From IMG/VR virus record IMGVR_UViG_2541047722_000008, positions 1-14,654 of that record: 14,654 bases of DNA. One strand, given 5' to 3'. Numbering within the stretch: the stretch's first letter is position 1; the number at the start of each line of letters is the position of its first letter. The notes under the pieces are model-generated. The model did not search any database, was not told the origin of the DNA, and was given only the letters and a program-made list of their open reading frames with translations. Of the stretch, positions 1 through 7,000 are shown piece by piece. The DNA is from a virus. Lineage: Duplodnaviria; Heunggongvirae; Uroviricota; Caudoviricetes. The translations under genes were made by a program, and so were the position numbers.

Positions 1-1119
1 TCAAATAACCAACTTAACCCATTCCTGACCTCGAGTATCGTTATAGCGATCGGTGGTTGCCTGGACTTTATGTCCTAGTAATGTTTTTGTATCGATACCC
101 TGTGCACGGTACAGCCGTTCTGATAGAGAGCGTTGTTCATGAAATGTTGGCGGAGTTTTTCCTGCTGGTGGAATTATCCCAGCCAGATCCCGTGCTTTGG
201 CAAAGTAGTCGCTCAGGTTGTCTTTACTCATCGGCTTCGGTTGTTTCTGGTGCCGACTATGGATTAGATATGGACTTAATATTCTGTCTCGGCACCCATC
301 AATAACTTCTTTTAACGTTATCCCAATGGCATCACAGCGTAGTGTAAGCGGTAACGCCAGACGCATTCCGGTTTTTCCCTGGGTGATATGCAAGTGTTCG
401 TTCCACACATCTGAAAAACGCATGTGGCAAATGTCATCACGGCGCTGACCAGTAACAATCGCAAGAAGCATTGCGTTACGGATAAAGTGTTTTTCAGGCG
501 TTGCATTGTAAATTTTTTGCCAGTCTTCCATGGTGAGCCTGGCTCTGGTTACTTTAGGGATCGGTTTACGGGTAGCCTCCGGAGGATTCCATCCAGGAGG
601 AACTTCCCCTGCATGCTGTGCTTCTTTATAAATATCAACCCATAATCCACGATTTACTCTCGCTGTGCTGACCATGTCTTTATCCAGCCACTCATCCAGT
701 ATTAATGCAAAGTCTCTTACTTCCAGTTCTTTCAATGGGTGGTTTCCCAGACGGGAAACCAGGTATGCAGCCATTCGGGTTTTTTCTTTGTGAGTTGTAG
801 CTGCAATATCTCCATTTTTCAGTCGCGTGTCCTGTATTTTCAGATATCGATCAACCCATGCCTTTAATCTGATACCCCGACGTTTTGTTGCTGACGGACT
901 TTCATCAATTTTGCGCATGAAATATTCAGCTTCTGCTGCAGCTATTCGCTGATTGGCTGTGGAAGCGATTTTTTCTGCCTTACCTTTGTCTGTTCCGAGT
1001 CCGTGAAATTTTCCAGTCACAGGATTTTTATACTGGTAGTAAACTCTGCCAGTTCTGCGATCAAACTTTTCGTAAAGACCGGCTACGTCAGTGCTGTTTT
1101 TTCGTGGCCTCGGTGACAT
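1..1119 (-). CDS. int: Tyrosine site-specific integrase (lambda Int family)
   Basis: 372-aa ORF, ATG at 1119-1117, stop at 3-1. The C-terminal half carries the tyrosine-recombinase pattern (…GQRRDD…, …HSRHQ…, …LLGHK…, …TDRY). It sits at the prophage end next to an excisionase-like gene. Confidence 0.9.
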   Translation of the reverse strand: MSPRPRKNSTDVAGLYEKFDRRTGRVYYQYKNPVTGKFHGLGTDKGKAEKIASTANQRIAAAEAEYFMRKIDESPSATKRRGIRLKAWVDRYLKIQDTRLKNGDIAATTHKEKTRMAAYLVSRLGNHPLKELEVRDFALILDEWLDKDMVSTARVNRGLWVDIYKEAQHAGEVPPGWNPPEATRKPIPKVTRARLTMEDWQKIYNATPEKHFIRNAMLLAIVTGQRRDDICHMRFSDVWNEHLHITQGKTGMRLALPLTLRCDAIGITLKEVIDGCRDRILSPYLIHSRHQKQPKPMSKDNLSDYFAKARDLAGIIPPAGKTPPTFHEQRSLSERLYRAQGIDTKTLLGHKVQATTDRYNDTRGQEWVKLVI

Positions 1120-1357
1120 GAGTTAAAATCTCCTTCAGTGCATCATCATCGCCAGTATGAATTTCCGGCGCAATTCCCGTTTCACCAGGCCCAACAAATA
1201 CTGCTCGGCGATCTATCAGCCAACGCCCACGAATTTTTTGTGGTCTTGGAACGATGTATCCTAGTTTTCCGTATTTCACCAGGGTAGTGTTTGTTATTGG
1301 GAGACTGAACCGTTTTGGTTTCCACTCGTCGAGCGTTATCAGGTACTGTTCGCTCAT
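1088..1357 (-). CDS. Excisionase-like small DNA-binding protein
   Basis: 89 aa from ATG 1357 (GGAG 8 nt upstream); the six-frame track extends it to a GTG at 1366. Immediately upstream of int with a 32-bp overlap, as in lambdoid xis-int pairs. Function assigned by position and size only. Confidence 0.55.
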   Translation of the reverse strand: MSEQYLITLDEWKPKRFSLPITNTTLVKYGKLGYIVPRPQKIRGRWLIDRRAVFVGPGETGIAPEIHTGDDDALKEILTHVTEATKKQH

Positions 1358-1418
1358 GGCTATCACTCCGGAACGCGCCAGTTGCAGAATATCAACGACA
1401 ACTGGCGACGGTTGAACA

Positions 1419-3860
1419 TTAAAAATCAGCCTGATTCGGGATCAGTTTTTGCCAGATAGCTGAAACGTATTTTGCCTGGTAACGAGCGTCATCAAGTGCA
1501 TTATGGCGCTCACCTTCGAATGGGATAGCAGTTCTGGCATCGAAGTCTATGGCTTTCCCCAGCTCAACGATTGTGCGTACATCGCGATCGTTGTAGTAAC
1601 GCCACGGGCAGGGGATCCCCTGCCGTTCGTATGAACGGCGCAAAATCGTGTTGTCGAAGTTGGCTCCATTTCCCCAGACCTGAACAAAAAATTCACCGGA
1701 GTTTTCGTCGATAAATTCCCGCAATTGTAACAGTGCATCATCTAACGGGATTTCATCGGTCATAATGGCAGATTGCGCTTCGCGTGATTGCTTAAGCCAC
1801 CATTTAATGGTGTCCCGATCAATGACTCCGCCAGCAGTTTCCAGATCGATAGTCTTACTAAATTCCGGTCCCATATCTCCGGTTTGCGGATCGAAAAATA
1901 TTGCACCTATTGAGATGATCGGGGCATCAGGATTTTTTCCCATGGTTTCAAGGTCGATCATTAGATGGTCACACGTCCTGCTGGTGGATGTGATTTCGTG
2001 ATGACCGTTCACCTTAATTGAGTGATCTGCCGTCTCGCCAGTTTTATTATCGCTGGCGTGATGCTGATTGCCGCCAGGGTTCTCCTTGTGTGGATGTTCA
2101 GCGCCTTCCATTTCCTCCGGATCATTTTCCTGAACTTCAACCTGATTCTCTTCATCGAATGTTTCCTGGTATGTTGCGTCGCCCATCACCGCGCCACAAT
2201 CAGGGCAGTTGCCGCCGCCGGTCTGACCGCAGGCGGTGCAGACTTTTTCCGGTTCCTGTTGCGCTACTGATTCGGATTGTTTCGTTTCTGGCTCGTTTTG
2301 TAACGCATTTGGGCTGTTTTGTTCCGCTTTTTGGTCGTTCCGTTCCGATTCATGCTGGTTCTGGTTCACAGAATCGCGAGTCTGGATCCCCTTGACCCAT
2401 TTCGGATCATTAGGGTCGCTAATCCCCTCAACAAATTCACCACGCGATACAGCAAGTAACTTATCGGCGTCAGGCTGGCTGATATTGGCTGCCTGCATAA
2501 TTTTGTTTACTTCGTCAGCGGTGACTTTTACTTGGTTAGCGGAACTCACCTGCGACTGAGCATCCAGCGACTGCGCGTTCTGGCCATGTTCAGTTGTATC
2601 CGGTTCCATTGTTTCAGTTGTTGCCTGTTCACCTGCCATTGCGTCAGATGGTTGTGGTTTTTCTTCTTCTGTTTCACGCTCAGTAACCACCTCGCGGTTA
2701 ATTTCTTCCAGGATATCTTTTTCCGGCGTATGCCGGGCAGCTGTGAGAGTTTCCTTGCTGGGGTTCTCGTGATCAGTTTCCGTCAAATAGGCGTTGATAT
2801 ACCCCTGAAGGCGTCCCGGGTAGTGATAAAATTCAGGGTGTGCGCTTCGGATAAGTGCAAAAATAGCGGCGCGGGAATAGTCCAGAATACCCGGGGTTGC
2901 ACGAAGTGCTGCGGACCATTCTTTGAACGGACTTTCTTTGTTCAGGACTACTTCTTTTGCGCGACGATAAACGCTGCCCGGAATTTCATAAATATTAAAA
3001 TCCATCGGAAGTGTGGCTGCTGCAATCTCCACATCCAGTGTGTCGAGGGTGTGTACTAAATTCGGATTGCGATCGGTTTTGTTCCCACCGCCAGCATTAG
3101 CACCGGAAGCCGTGCGGGTGATGCGTGAAACACGATTTCCTTTCATCCACTCTTTTGTCAGCAGACCCCGATCAGTGTAGTCAGCGTCCAGGTATGCTTC
3201 GAAAAAAGCAGTTATTAGTCCCAGGTCTGAATTACCAGGATTAGGGAAAACTTTGTCAGTGTCACGAACCAGTTTGTGGAGGTCGCGAATCTCCAGCGAG
3301 TCGAGCAGACTGGTTTTATGCGAAATAGCCAGGGCAGTAACAGCCGGTAGTTCTTCAGCCCGTGCAATGTGTAATGCCTGGAGTTCGTCGCGTGAAACGT
3401 GCGTTACTGGTTTTTCGCTGCCGTGTTGAGCAAGCCAACGAATGGGCAGTTCCTGACCGGAGACAGGCAGAAGCATGCTCTCCTCAATCTCAGTCATGTC
3501 TTCGCCGTTGATGTTGGTATTGTCAGTGCTGGCTGGTTTGTCCTGAACAGAGGGGGAAGGGCCGATAAATGTCATTGTGATGCCATCTTTCCCGCCTTTT
3601 TCATAGCGGTTGCAGAATTCAGTATCAAACACGCCTTCTGGCGGAAGGTCGTCAACAACGGGCAAATTGACGCGGACGGGTTTTTTAAAGTCGTCTTCAT
3701 CATAATCGTTGTCATCCATTGCGGTAATGCAGCGGGAGATTGCAACAGATAATTTTTTTGCTGTAGTCCAGTAAAAACCACCTTTAATTCCCAGGCGTTT
3801 TCTTACTTTGTCATTTTTTGCTTCGCAATATAGTGCAAATTCTTCTTTATCAGTGCTCAT
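1419..3860 (-). CDS. Large exonuclease: RecE-like (exodeoxyribonuclease VIII family) N-terminal region, acidic Q/E/N-rich linker, Cys4 zinc-ribbon motif, C-terminal DEDDh (DnaQ-like) 3'-5' exonuclease domain
   Basis: 813-aa ORF. The C-terminal ~180 aa (coords ~1422-1961) carries DEDDh motifs: MIDLETMG (Exo I), VWGNGANFD (Exo II), HNALDDA (Exo III). CTACGQ…CPDCG lies at ~2196-2243. The N-terminal ~300 aa resemble my recollection of the Rac RecE N-terminal region (…[39 protein letters not shown]…). Confidence 0.85.
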   Translation of the reverse strand: MSTDKEEFALYCEAKNDKVRKRLGIKGGFYWTTAKKLSVAISRCITAMDDNDYDEDDFKKPVRVNLPVVDDLPPEGVFDTEFCNRYEKGGKDGITMTFIGPSPSVQDKPASTDNTNINGEDMTEIEESMLLPVSGQELPIRWLAQHGSEKPVTHVSRDELQALHIARAEELPAVTALAISHKTSLLDSLEIRDLHKLVRDTDKVFPNPGNSDLGLITAFFEAYLDADYTDRGLLTKEWMKGNRVSRITRTASGANAGGGNKTDRNPNLVHTLDTLDVEIAAATLPMDFNIYEIPGSVYRRAKEVVLNKESPFKEWSAALRATPGILDYSRAAIFALIRSAHPEFYHYPGRLQGYINAYLTETDHENPSKETLTAARHTPEKDILEEINREVVTERETEEEKPQPSDAMAGEQATTETMEPDTTEHGQNAQSLDAQSQVSSANQVKVTADEVNKIMQAANISQPDADKLLAVSRGEFVEGISDPNDPKWVKGIQTRDSVNQNQHESERNDQKAEQNSPNALQNEPETKQSESVAQQEPEKVCTACGQTGGGNCPDCGAVMGDATYQETFDEENQVEVQENDPEEMEGAEHPHKENPGGNQHHASDNKTGETADHSIKVNGHHEITSTSRTCDHLMIDLETMGKNPDAPIISIGAIFFDPQTGDMGPEFSKTIDLETAGGVIDRDTIKWWLKQSREAQSAIMTDEIPLDDALLQLREFIDENSGEFFVQVWGNGANFDNTILRRSYERQGIPCPWRYYNDRDVRTIVELGKAIDFDARTAIPFEGERHNALDDARYQAKYVSAIWQKLIPNQADF

Positions 3861-3953
3861 TATTGGTAAACCTCATCACAGATTTAAGGGTGAACAAATC
3901 TCTGCCATTGCTGACATATAAGAATGAAACTGGATATTTATTACGGTGCTGTT

Positions 3954-4145
3954 TTAAAATCCTGCCGGGATTTCGTTATTATCCTGGTGAATAACTTTAT
4001 CGACCGGGTAACAGTTACCGGGAATTTTCTGTTCGGTTGCTGCAGTCACACACTCCTGCATTGTCCTGTGAACACTGACTGCAATATCAACTGGCTCTCC
4101 GGAAACAAGAAAAAATGTCAGAACAAGTGCAAATGCTGTATTCAT
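3954..4145 (-). CDS. ydfD: YdfD-like small membrane (lysis-type) protein
   Basis: 63 aa from ATG 4145, which overlaps the upstream TGA (ATGA coupling); AGGA sits 8 nt upstream. N-terminal hydrophobic segment MNTAFALVLTFFLVSG. Position right after dicB matches Qin ydfD (63 aa). The track's longer version starts at 4199. Confidence 0.6.
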   Translation of the reverse strand: MNTAFALVLTFFLVSGEPVDIAVSVHRTMQECVTAATEQKIPGNCYPVDKVIHQDNNEIPAGF

Positions 4146-4330
4146 TGCCAGCATCCTTTTTGTATCGGACGTAAACGGGCCAGCATTGAAAGAATGCATA
4201 TTTTATTTAATAACTCCCGTTCGTGTTTTCTCTTGTTAATGGCATCTTCAGTAAATACAGGGTTACTGATAGTGACACCAATTTCAAAACAACCTTCAGA
4301 CGTATTAACGTTTGGTAATAACGTTTCCAT
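4142..4330 (-). CDS. dicB: DicB-like cell-division inhibitor
   Basis: 62 aa (METLLPNVNTSEGCFEIGVTISNPVFTEDAINKRK…), ATG 4330 with GAGGA 7 nt upstream. Same length as, and near-identical to, my recollection of E. coli DicB; located downstream of DicF as in Qin. Confidence 0.75.
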   Translation of the reverse strand: METLLPNVNTSEGCFEIGVTISNPVFTEDAINKRKHERELLNKICILSMLARLRPIQKGCWQ

Positions 4331-4499
4331 TATCGCGTCCTCAACAATGAATTTTGTGATGCAGTGCCTGGTGCCTCCAGGTGACGTTAACCAGTTAACA
4401 ATTAACGCCGGATACAGAGAATCCACCCATAACACTGTTTTTGGTTTTAACTGTTCCGCGTGCGCTTAGCCGCATTCACCGCATCACAAAATTCACTTT

Positions 4500-4557
4500 A
4501 AAAAGGGCGGCAGAGCAGTCACGGAGTAAAACTGATACCGCCAAACGTCACCAGAAA
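4500..4557 (-). ncRNA. dicF: DicF small RNA (ftsZ-targeting sRNA processed from the dicB operon transcript)
   Basis: Minus strand reads TTTCTGGTGACGTTTGGCGGTATCAGTTTTACTCCGTGACTGCTCTGCCGCCCTTTTT, matching the DicF sequence as I recall it, including the 3' GC stem (GGCGG/CCGCC) plus U-run. It lies between the ydfC-like and dicB-like genes as in Qin. Confidence 0.75.
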
Positions 4558-4898
4558 ATTGATAACAGAGGGCGTTGCAGCGGGGTTGTCACTTAAGCGT
4601 ATGGTCAACCTGACAACCCGGTGTCCTCAACGGGGGAAGGAATAACCCCGCCATACTTACCGCCGCGCCATTTCGCGGATTGCCACAACCGGAAGCGCAC
4701 GGTCGACGAAAATTTAACGACAGGCTATCTATGAACCAGCTACCTCGCCGTGCGCTTTCGCGTTATGGTCTGACTTTTCAGGGAAATATCCTTTCAGTAA
4801 ACTGTCAGTGCCGGATGCTCACCCGTGTCCGGCGCACGCACTCCACCTCACCCGTGGAGAACTCCTTAATTACCAACCTTAGCTTCGTTGGTTAGCTA

Positions 4899-5117
4899 TT
4901 AACGCGGGTATGTAATCATTCTGGCAATGCTTAATGCCGCTGCTTTTTCCAGATTGGTGATATCCTGCTCCAGAGCGGACAGATTTTCAGCCTGCTTAGC
5001 CCTGGCTTCATTAGCCCATTTCAGATCCTGCGCTGCATTAATTTTCTGGCGCATCCACTCATAAAGTTCATCATCGGTATAGTCTGGCGCGATGATGACG
5101 GGTTCTCGTTTCTGCAT
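4899..5117 (-). CDS. ydfC: YdfC-like small protein of the dicB operon
   Basis: 72 aa, ATG 5117 with AAGGAG 5 nt upstream. Same length and operon position as Qin YdfC; no motif recognised. Confidence 0.55.
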   Translation of the reverse strand: MQKREPVIIAPDYTDDELYEWMRQKINAAQDLKWANEARAKQAENLSALEQDITNLEKAAALSIARMITYPR

Positions 5118-5209
5118 GTCGGCTCCTTGTGGTTAGCGTTGCCTGCTTTTAACCACGTCAGGCGAGGTGGTATCCTCTGAGGGGTCTGTTACTCGAGAGG
5201 AAATTGGTT

Positions 5210-5410
5210 ATGAATACAATCAAGTTTTCTTGCCCAGAATGTGGTGGCGAAGTCTTTGACACATCCTTTAAGCCGCAGGGCTCTGACAGTTTCGCGGGAG
5301 CCATCTGCAAAAATTGTGGTCACCTTGTAACTGAAGATGAGTCCTCGCAGTTCGATGACGAAATCGTTGACAATATCTTCGGTGCACTCACCAGAGACTT
5401 TCTGAAATAA
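5210..5410 (+). CDS. Small zinc-ribbon protein (CxxC-N19-CxxC) with acidic C-terminal tail
   Basis: 66 aa: MNTIKFSCPECGG…CKNCGH…DESSQFDDEIVDN. ATG 5210 with GAGG 9 nt upstream; codons look typical for E. coli; a strong hairpin follows the stop. It conflicts with the antisense ORF 5189..5545, so this is not certain. Confidence 0.5.
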   Translation: MNTIKFSCPECGGEVFDTSFKPQGSDSFAGAICKNCGHLVTEDESSQFDDEIVDNIFGALTRDFLK

Positions 5411-5456
5411 AGACGCATACCGCTTAGTTACCGCTCTGATAACTCTTACCTGTCCG

Positions 5457-5500
5457 GCAATGGCGCTGATGTCAATATAAAGCGCCATTGCTGCTTCTTT
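5457..5500 (+). terminator. Hairpin (11-bp perfect stem GCAATGGCGCT/AGCGCCATTGC, 13-nt loop) followed by a T-rich stretch; putative terminator for the zinc-ribbon gene
   Basis: Perfect inverted repeat 5457-5467 / 5481-5491, then TGCTTCTTTG. The U-tract is weak, so factor-independent termination is uncertain. Confidence 0.35.
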
Positions 5501-5619
5501 GCCGATCCCGTGATGCCTTCCATTCTGATGTTTGACTTCGCCCACTGAGAAATCCTCTGTTTCCCCTTAACGCCGGGGTAGCGGAACTGTTTGCTGAGAA
5601 CACCGTGCGGTGTCTTGAT

Positions 5620-5680
5620 GAATAAAATTTAGAATAACCTAAGATATGTGGTCAAGATTTTTATGTAGAAAAACCTAAGT
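5620..5680 (-). promoter_or_regulatory. Candidate repressor-controlled leftward promoter (PdicB / pL analogue) with CTTAGGTT operator half-sites
   Basis: Minus strand: -35 TTGACC (5655-5650), 18-bp spacer, -10 TAAATT (5631-5626). The 8-mer AACCTAAG (= CTTAGGTT on the minus strand) occurs at 5636-5643 and 5672-5679, the same motif found at the divergent promoter on the other side of the repressor gene. Confidence 0.4.
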
Positions 5681-5753
5681 TTTTTGATGTGAAAAACACA
5701 AGTGTTTGAAAGTTTGTGCTTTTTATTACAGGGTGTGGAGAAAAAAGGGAGGG

Positions 5754-6161
5754 TTATTTGTTTGCGCTTCTTTTGCGAGCTTTGAGTAGTTCTTCAAAAA
5801 GTTTGTTGAAATTTTCAACTCGAGCACGCATCTCTGACAACAGGGCCTTTTGCTCTGACTCAGGCAGTGCGTCGAACAGTTGAAGTAACTCTTTTTGATC
5901 TTCTGTCAGAAGGGCTGGCTGATTATCCGGGATCGGTTCGCCTGGTTGTTTATCTTCATCCCCAAAAAGAAGCCAAGTCGGTGAGCACTGAAGCGCTTGG
6001 CTCAGTGCGAATAATCTTTTCCCCGCCGGCTGTGTTTCATCTCTTTCCCATTGAGAAATTGTTACGTGAGCCACTTTGACCAGCTTACCTAATGCGGCCT
6101 GAGACAGTTTTAATTTTTTACGCCTATGTAAGAGGCGAGCACCGAAGGTTTCGTTTTTCAT
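5754..6161 (-). CDS. dicA: DicA-like prophage repressor (XRE-family HTH; no LexA-like peptidase domain)
   Basis: 135 aa with an N-terminal HTH (…LKLSQAALGKLVKVAHVTISQWERDETQP…) and the C-terminal segment …LFALSQALQCSPTWLLFGDEDKQP…MRARVENFNKLFEELLKARKR, closely matching my recollection of E. coli DicA (135 aa). No Ala-Gly/Ser-Lys autocleavage module. Confidence 0.85.
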   Translation of the reverse strand: MKNETFGARLLHRRKKLKLSQAALGKLVKVAHVTISQWERDETQPAGKRLFALSQALQCSPTWLLFGDEDKQPGEPIPDNQPALLTEDQKELLQLFDALPESEQKALLSEMRARVENFNKLFEELLKARKRSANK

Positions 6162-6237
6162 ATTAGGGAATTCTAATTTTTCTTGACTTAGGTTTCTCTA
6201 CGATCTAGTTTCCTTAGGAAAATCTAAGGAGCTCGAT
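6162..6237. promoter_or_regulatory. Divergent promoter/operator region between the repressor and the cro-like gene
   Basis: Plus strand: -35 TTGACT (6183-6188), 17-bp spacer, -10 TAGTTT (6206-6211), AAGGAG (6226-6231) 6 nt before ATG 6238. CTTAGGTT at 6187-6194 overlaps the -35; further copies CCTTAGG (6212-6218) and CTAAGG (6224-6229). On the minus strand a TAGAAT (6175-6170) lies ~8 nt before the repressor ATG, suggesting a leaderless PRM-like transcript. Confidence 0.5.
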
Positions 6238-6465
6238 ATGTTGAAAATTGATGCTATAGCGTTTTTTGGCAGCAAAACAAAGCTTGCCAATGCCGCAGGA
6301 GTTAGGCTGGCAAGCATTGCTGCATGGGGGGAACTGGTTCCTGAAGGTCGCGCGATGCGCCTGCAAGAGGCATCCGGCGGGGAACTTCAGTACGACCCCA
6401 AAGTTTATGATGAATATCGTAAGGCAAAGCGGGCGGGGCGGTTGAACAATGAAAATCACCCCTGA
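6238..6465 (+). CDS. dicC: DicC/YdaS-family Cro-like regulator
   Basis: 75 aa (MLKIDAIAFFGSKTKLANAAGVRLASIAAWGELVPEGRAMRLQEASGGELQYDPKVY…), divergent from the repressor, strong SD. Matches my recollection of DicC/YdaS-family proteins. Confidence 0.8.
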   Translation: MLKIDAIAFFGSKTKLANAAGVRLASIAAWGELVPEGRAMRLQEASGGELQYDPKVYDEYRKAKRAGRLNNENHP

Positions 6466-7000
6466 ACAGGTTTGTGAGGCTCTGGATGCCTGGGTATGCC
6501 GACCAGGAATGACACAGGAGCAGGCGACGATATTAATCACGGAAGCGTTCTGGGCTCTGGAAGAACGCCCGAACATCGATGTTCAACGTGTCACGTTTGA
6601 TGATGGTGTGGTTGATCAACGGGCGCTGGGCGTTAACCGGGTGAAGATATTCGAACGCTGGAAAGCTATCGACACCAGGGATAAGCGGGAAAAATTCACG
6701 GCGCTGATTCCGGCAATTATGGAGGCTATCCGGATCAGTGATTTCAGGTTGTATTGTGAAATTACTGACGGAAAAAGCATTACGTACATGATCGCCAGGT
6801 TAAACAAAGAATATGGCGATGTGGTGGAGTCCGGACTGCTTTTTGCAGATCCTGCTGTTGTGGAACGTGAGACTGACGAGCTTATAGAAAAAGCTATTGC
6901 TTTCAAGCATGCGTATCGTCAGCAATACCAACATTACTTTGCAGATAAACAAATATCTGTCTGGGGTTCGTATGAGTATCGATGCACTACGATGGGCTAA
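6449..7000 (+). CDS. YdaT-like protein (proposed CII-like regulator / putative toxin of the YdaS-YdaT pair)
   Basis: 183 aa, overlapping the end of dicC by 17 bp. The N-terminus (MKITPEQVCEALDAW…) and its position directly after the Cro-like gene match the YdaT family as I recall it; assignment is by synteny and general resemblance. Confidence 0.6.
   Translation: MKITPEQVCEALDAWVCRPGMTQEQATILITEAFWALEERPNIDVQRVTFDDGVVDQRALGVNRVKIFERWKAIDTRDKREKFTALIPAIMEAIRISDFRLYCEITDGKSITYMIARLNKEYGDVVESGLLFADPAVVERETDELIEKAIAFKHAYRQQYQHYFADKQISVWGSYEYRCTTMG

Noticed and set aside
1547-3752. Multiple plus- and minus-strand ORFs (64-175 aa) nested inside the exonuclease gene
   Set aside because: All lie within the 813-aa ORF, whose product has clear conserved motifs; they have low-complexity or Cys/Phe-rich translations typical of antisense or off-frame shadows.
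3924-4469. 181-aa plus-strand ORF overlapping dicB/ydfD
   Set aside because: Cys-rich, low-complexity translation with no SD; it lies antisense to two minus-strand genes that have good SDs and recognisable products, so it is most likely a shadow ORF.
4680-4895. 71-aa plus-strand ORF in the dicF-ydfC spacer
   Set aside because: No SD, R/S-rich translation, and it lies in what is most likely the processed DicF precursor region on the opposite strand.
5189-5545. 118-aa minus-strand ORF overlapping the zinc-ribbon gene
   Set aside because: Relatively rich in rare AGA/GGA/CGA codons and without a recognisable motif, whereas the plus-strand ORF has a Cys4 motif, SD and terminator. Kept as an open alternative in the findings rather than annotated.
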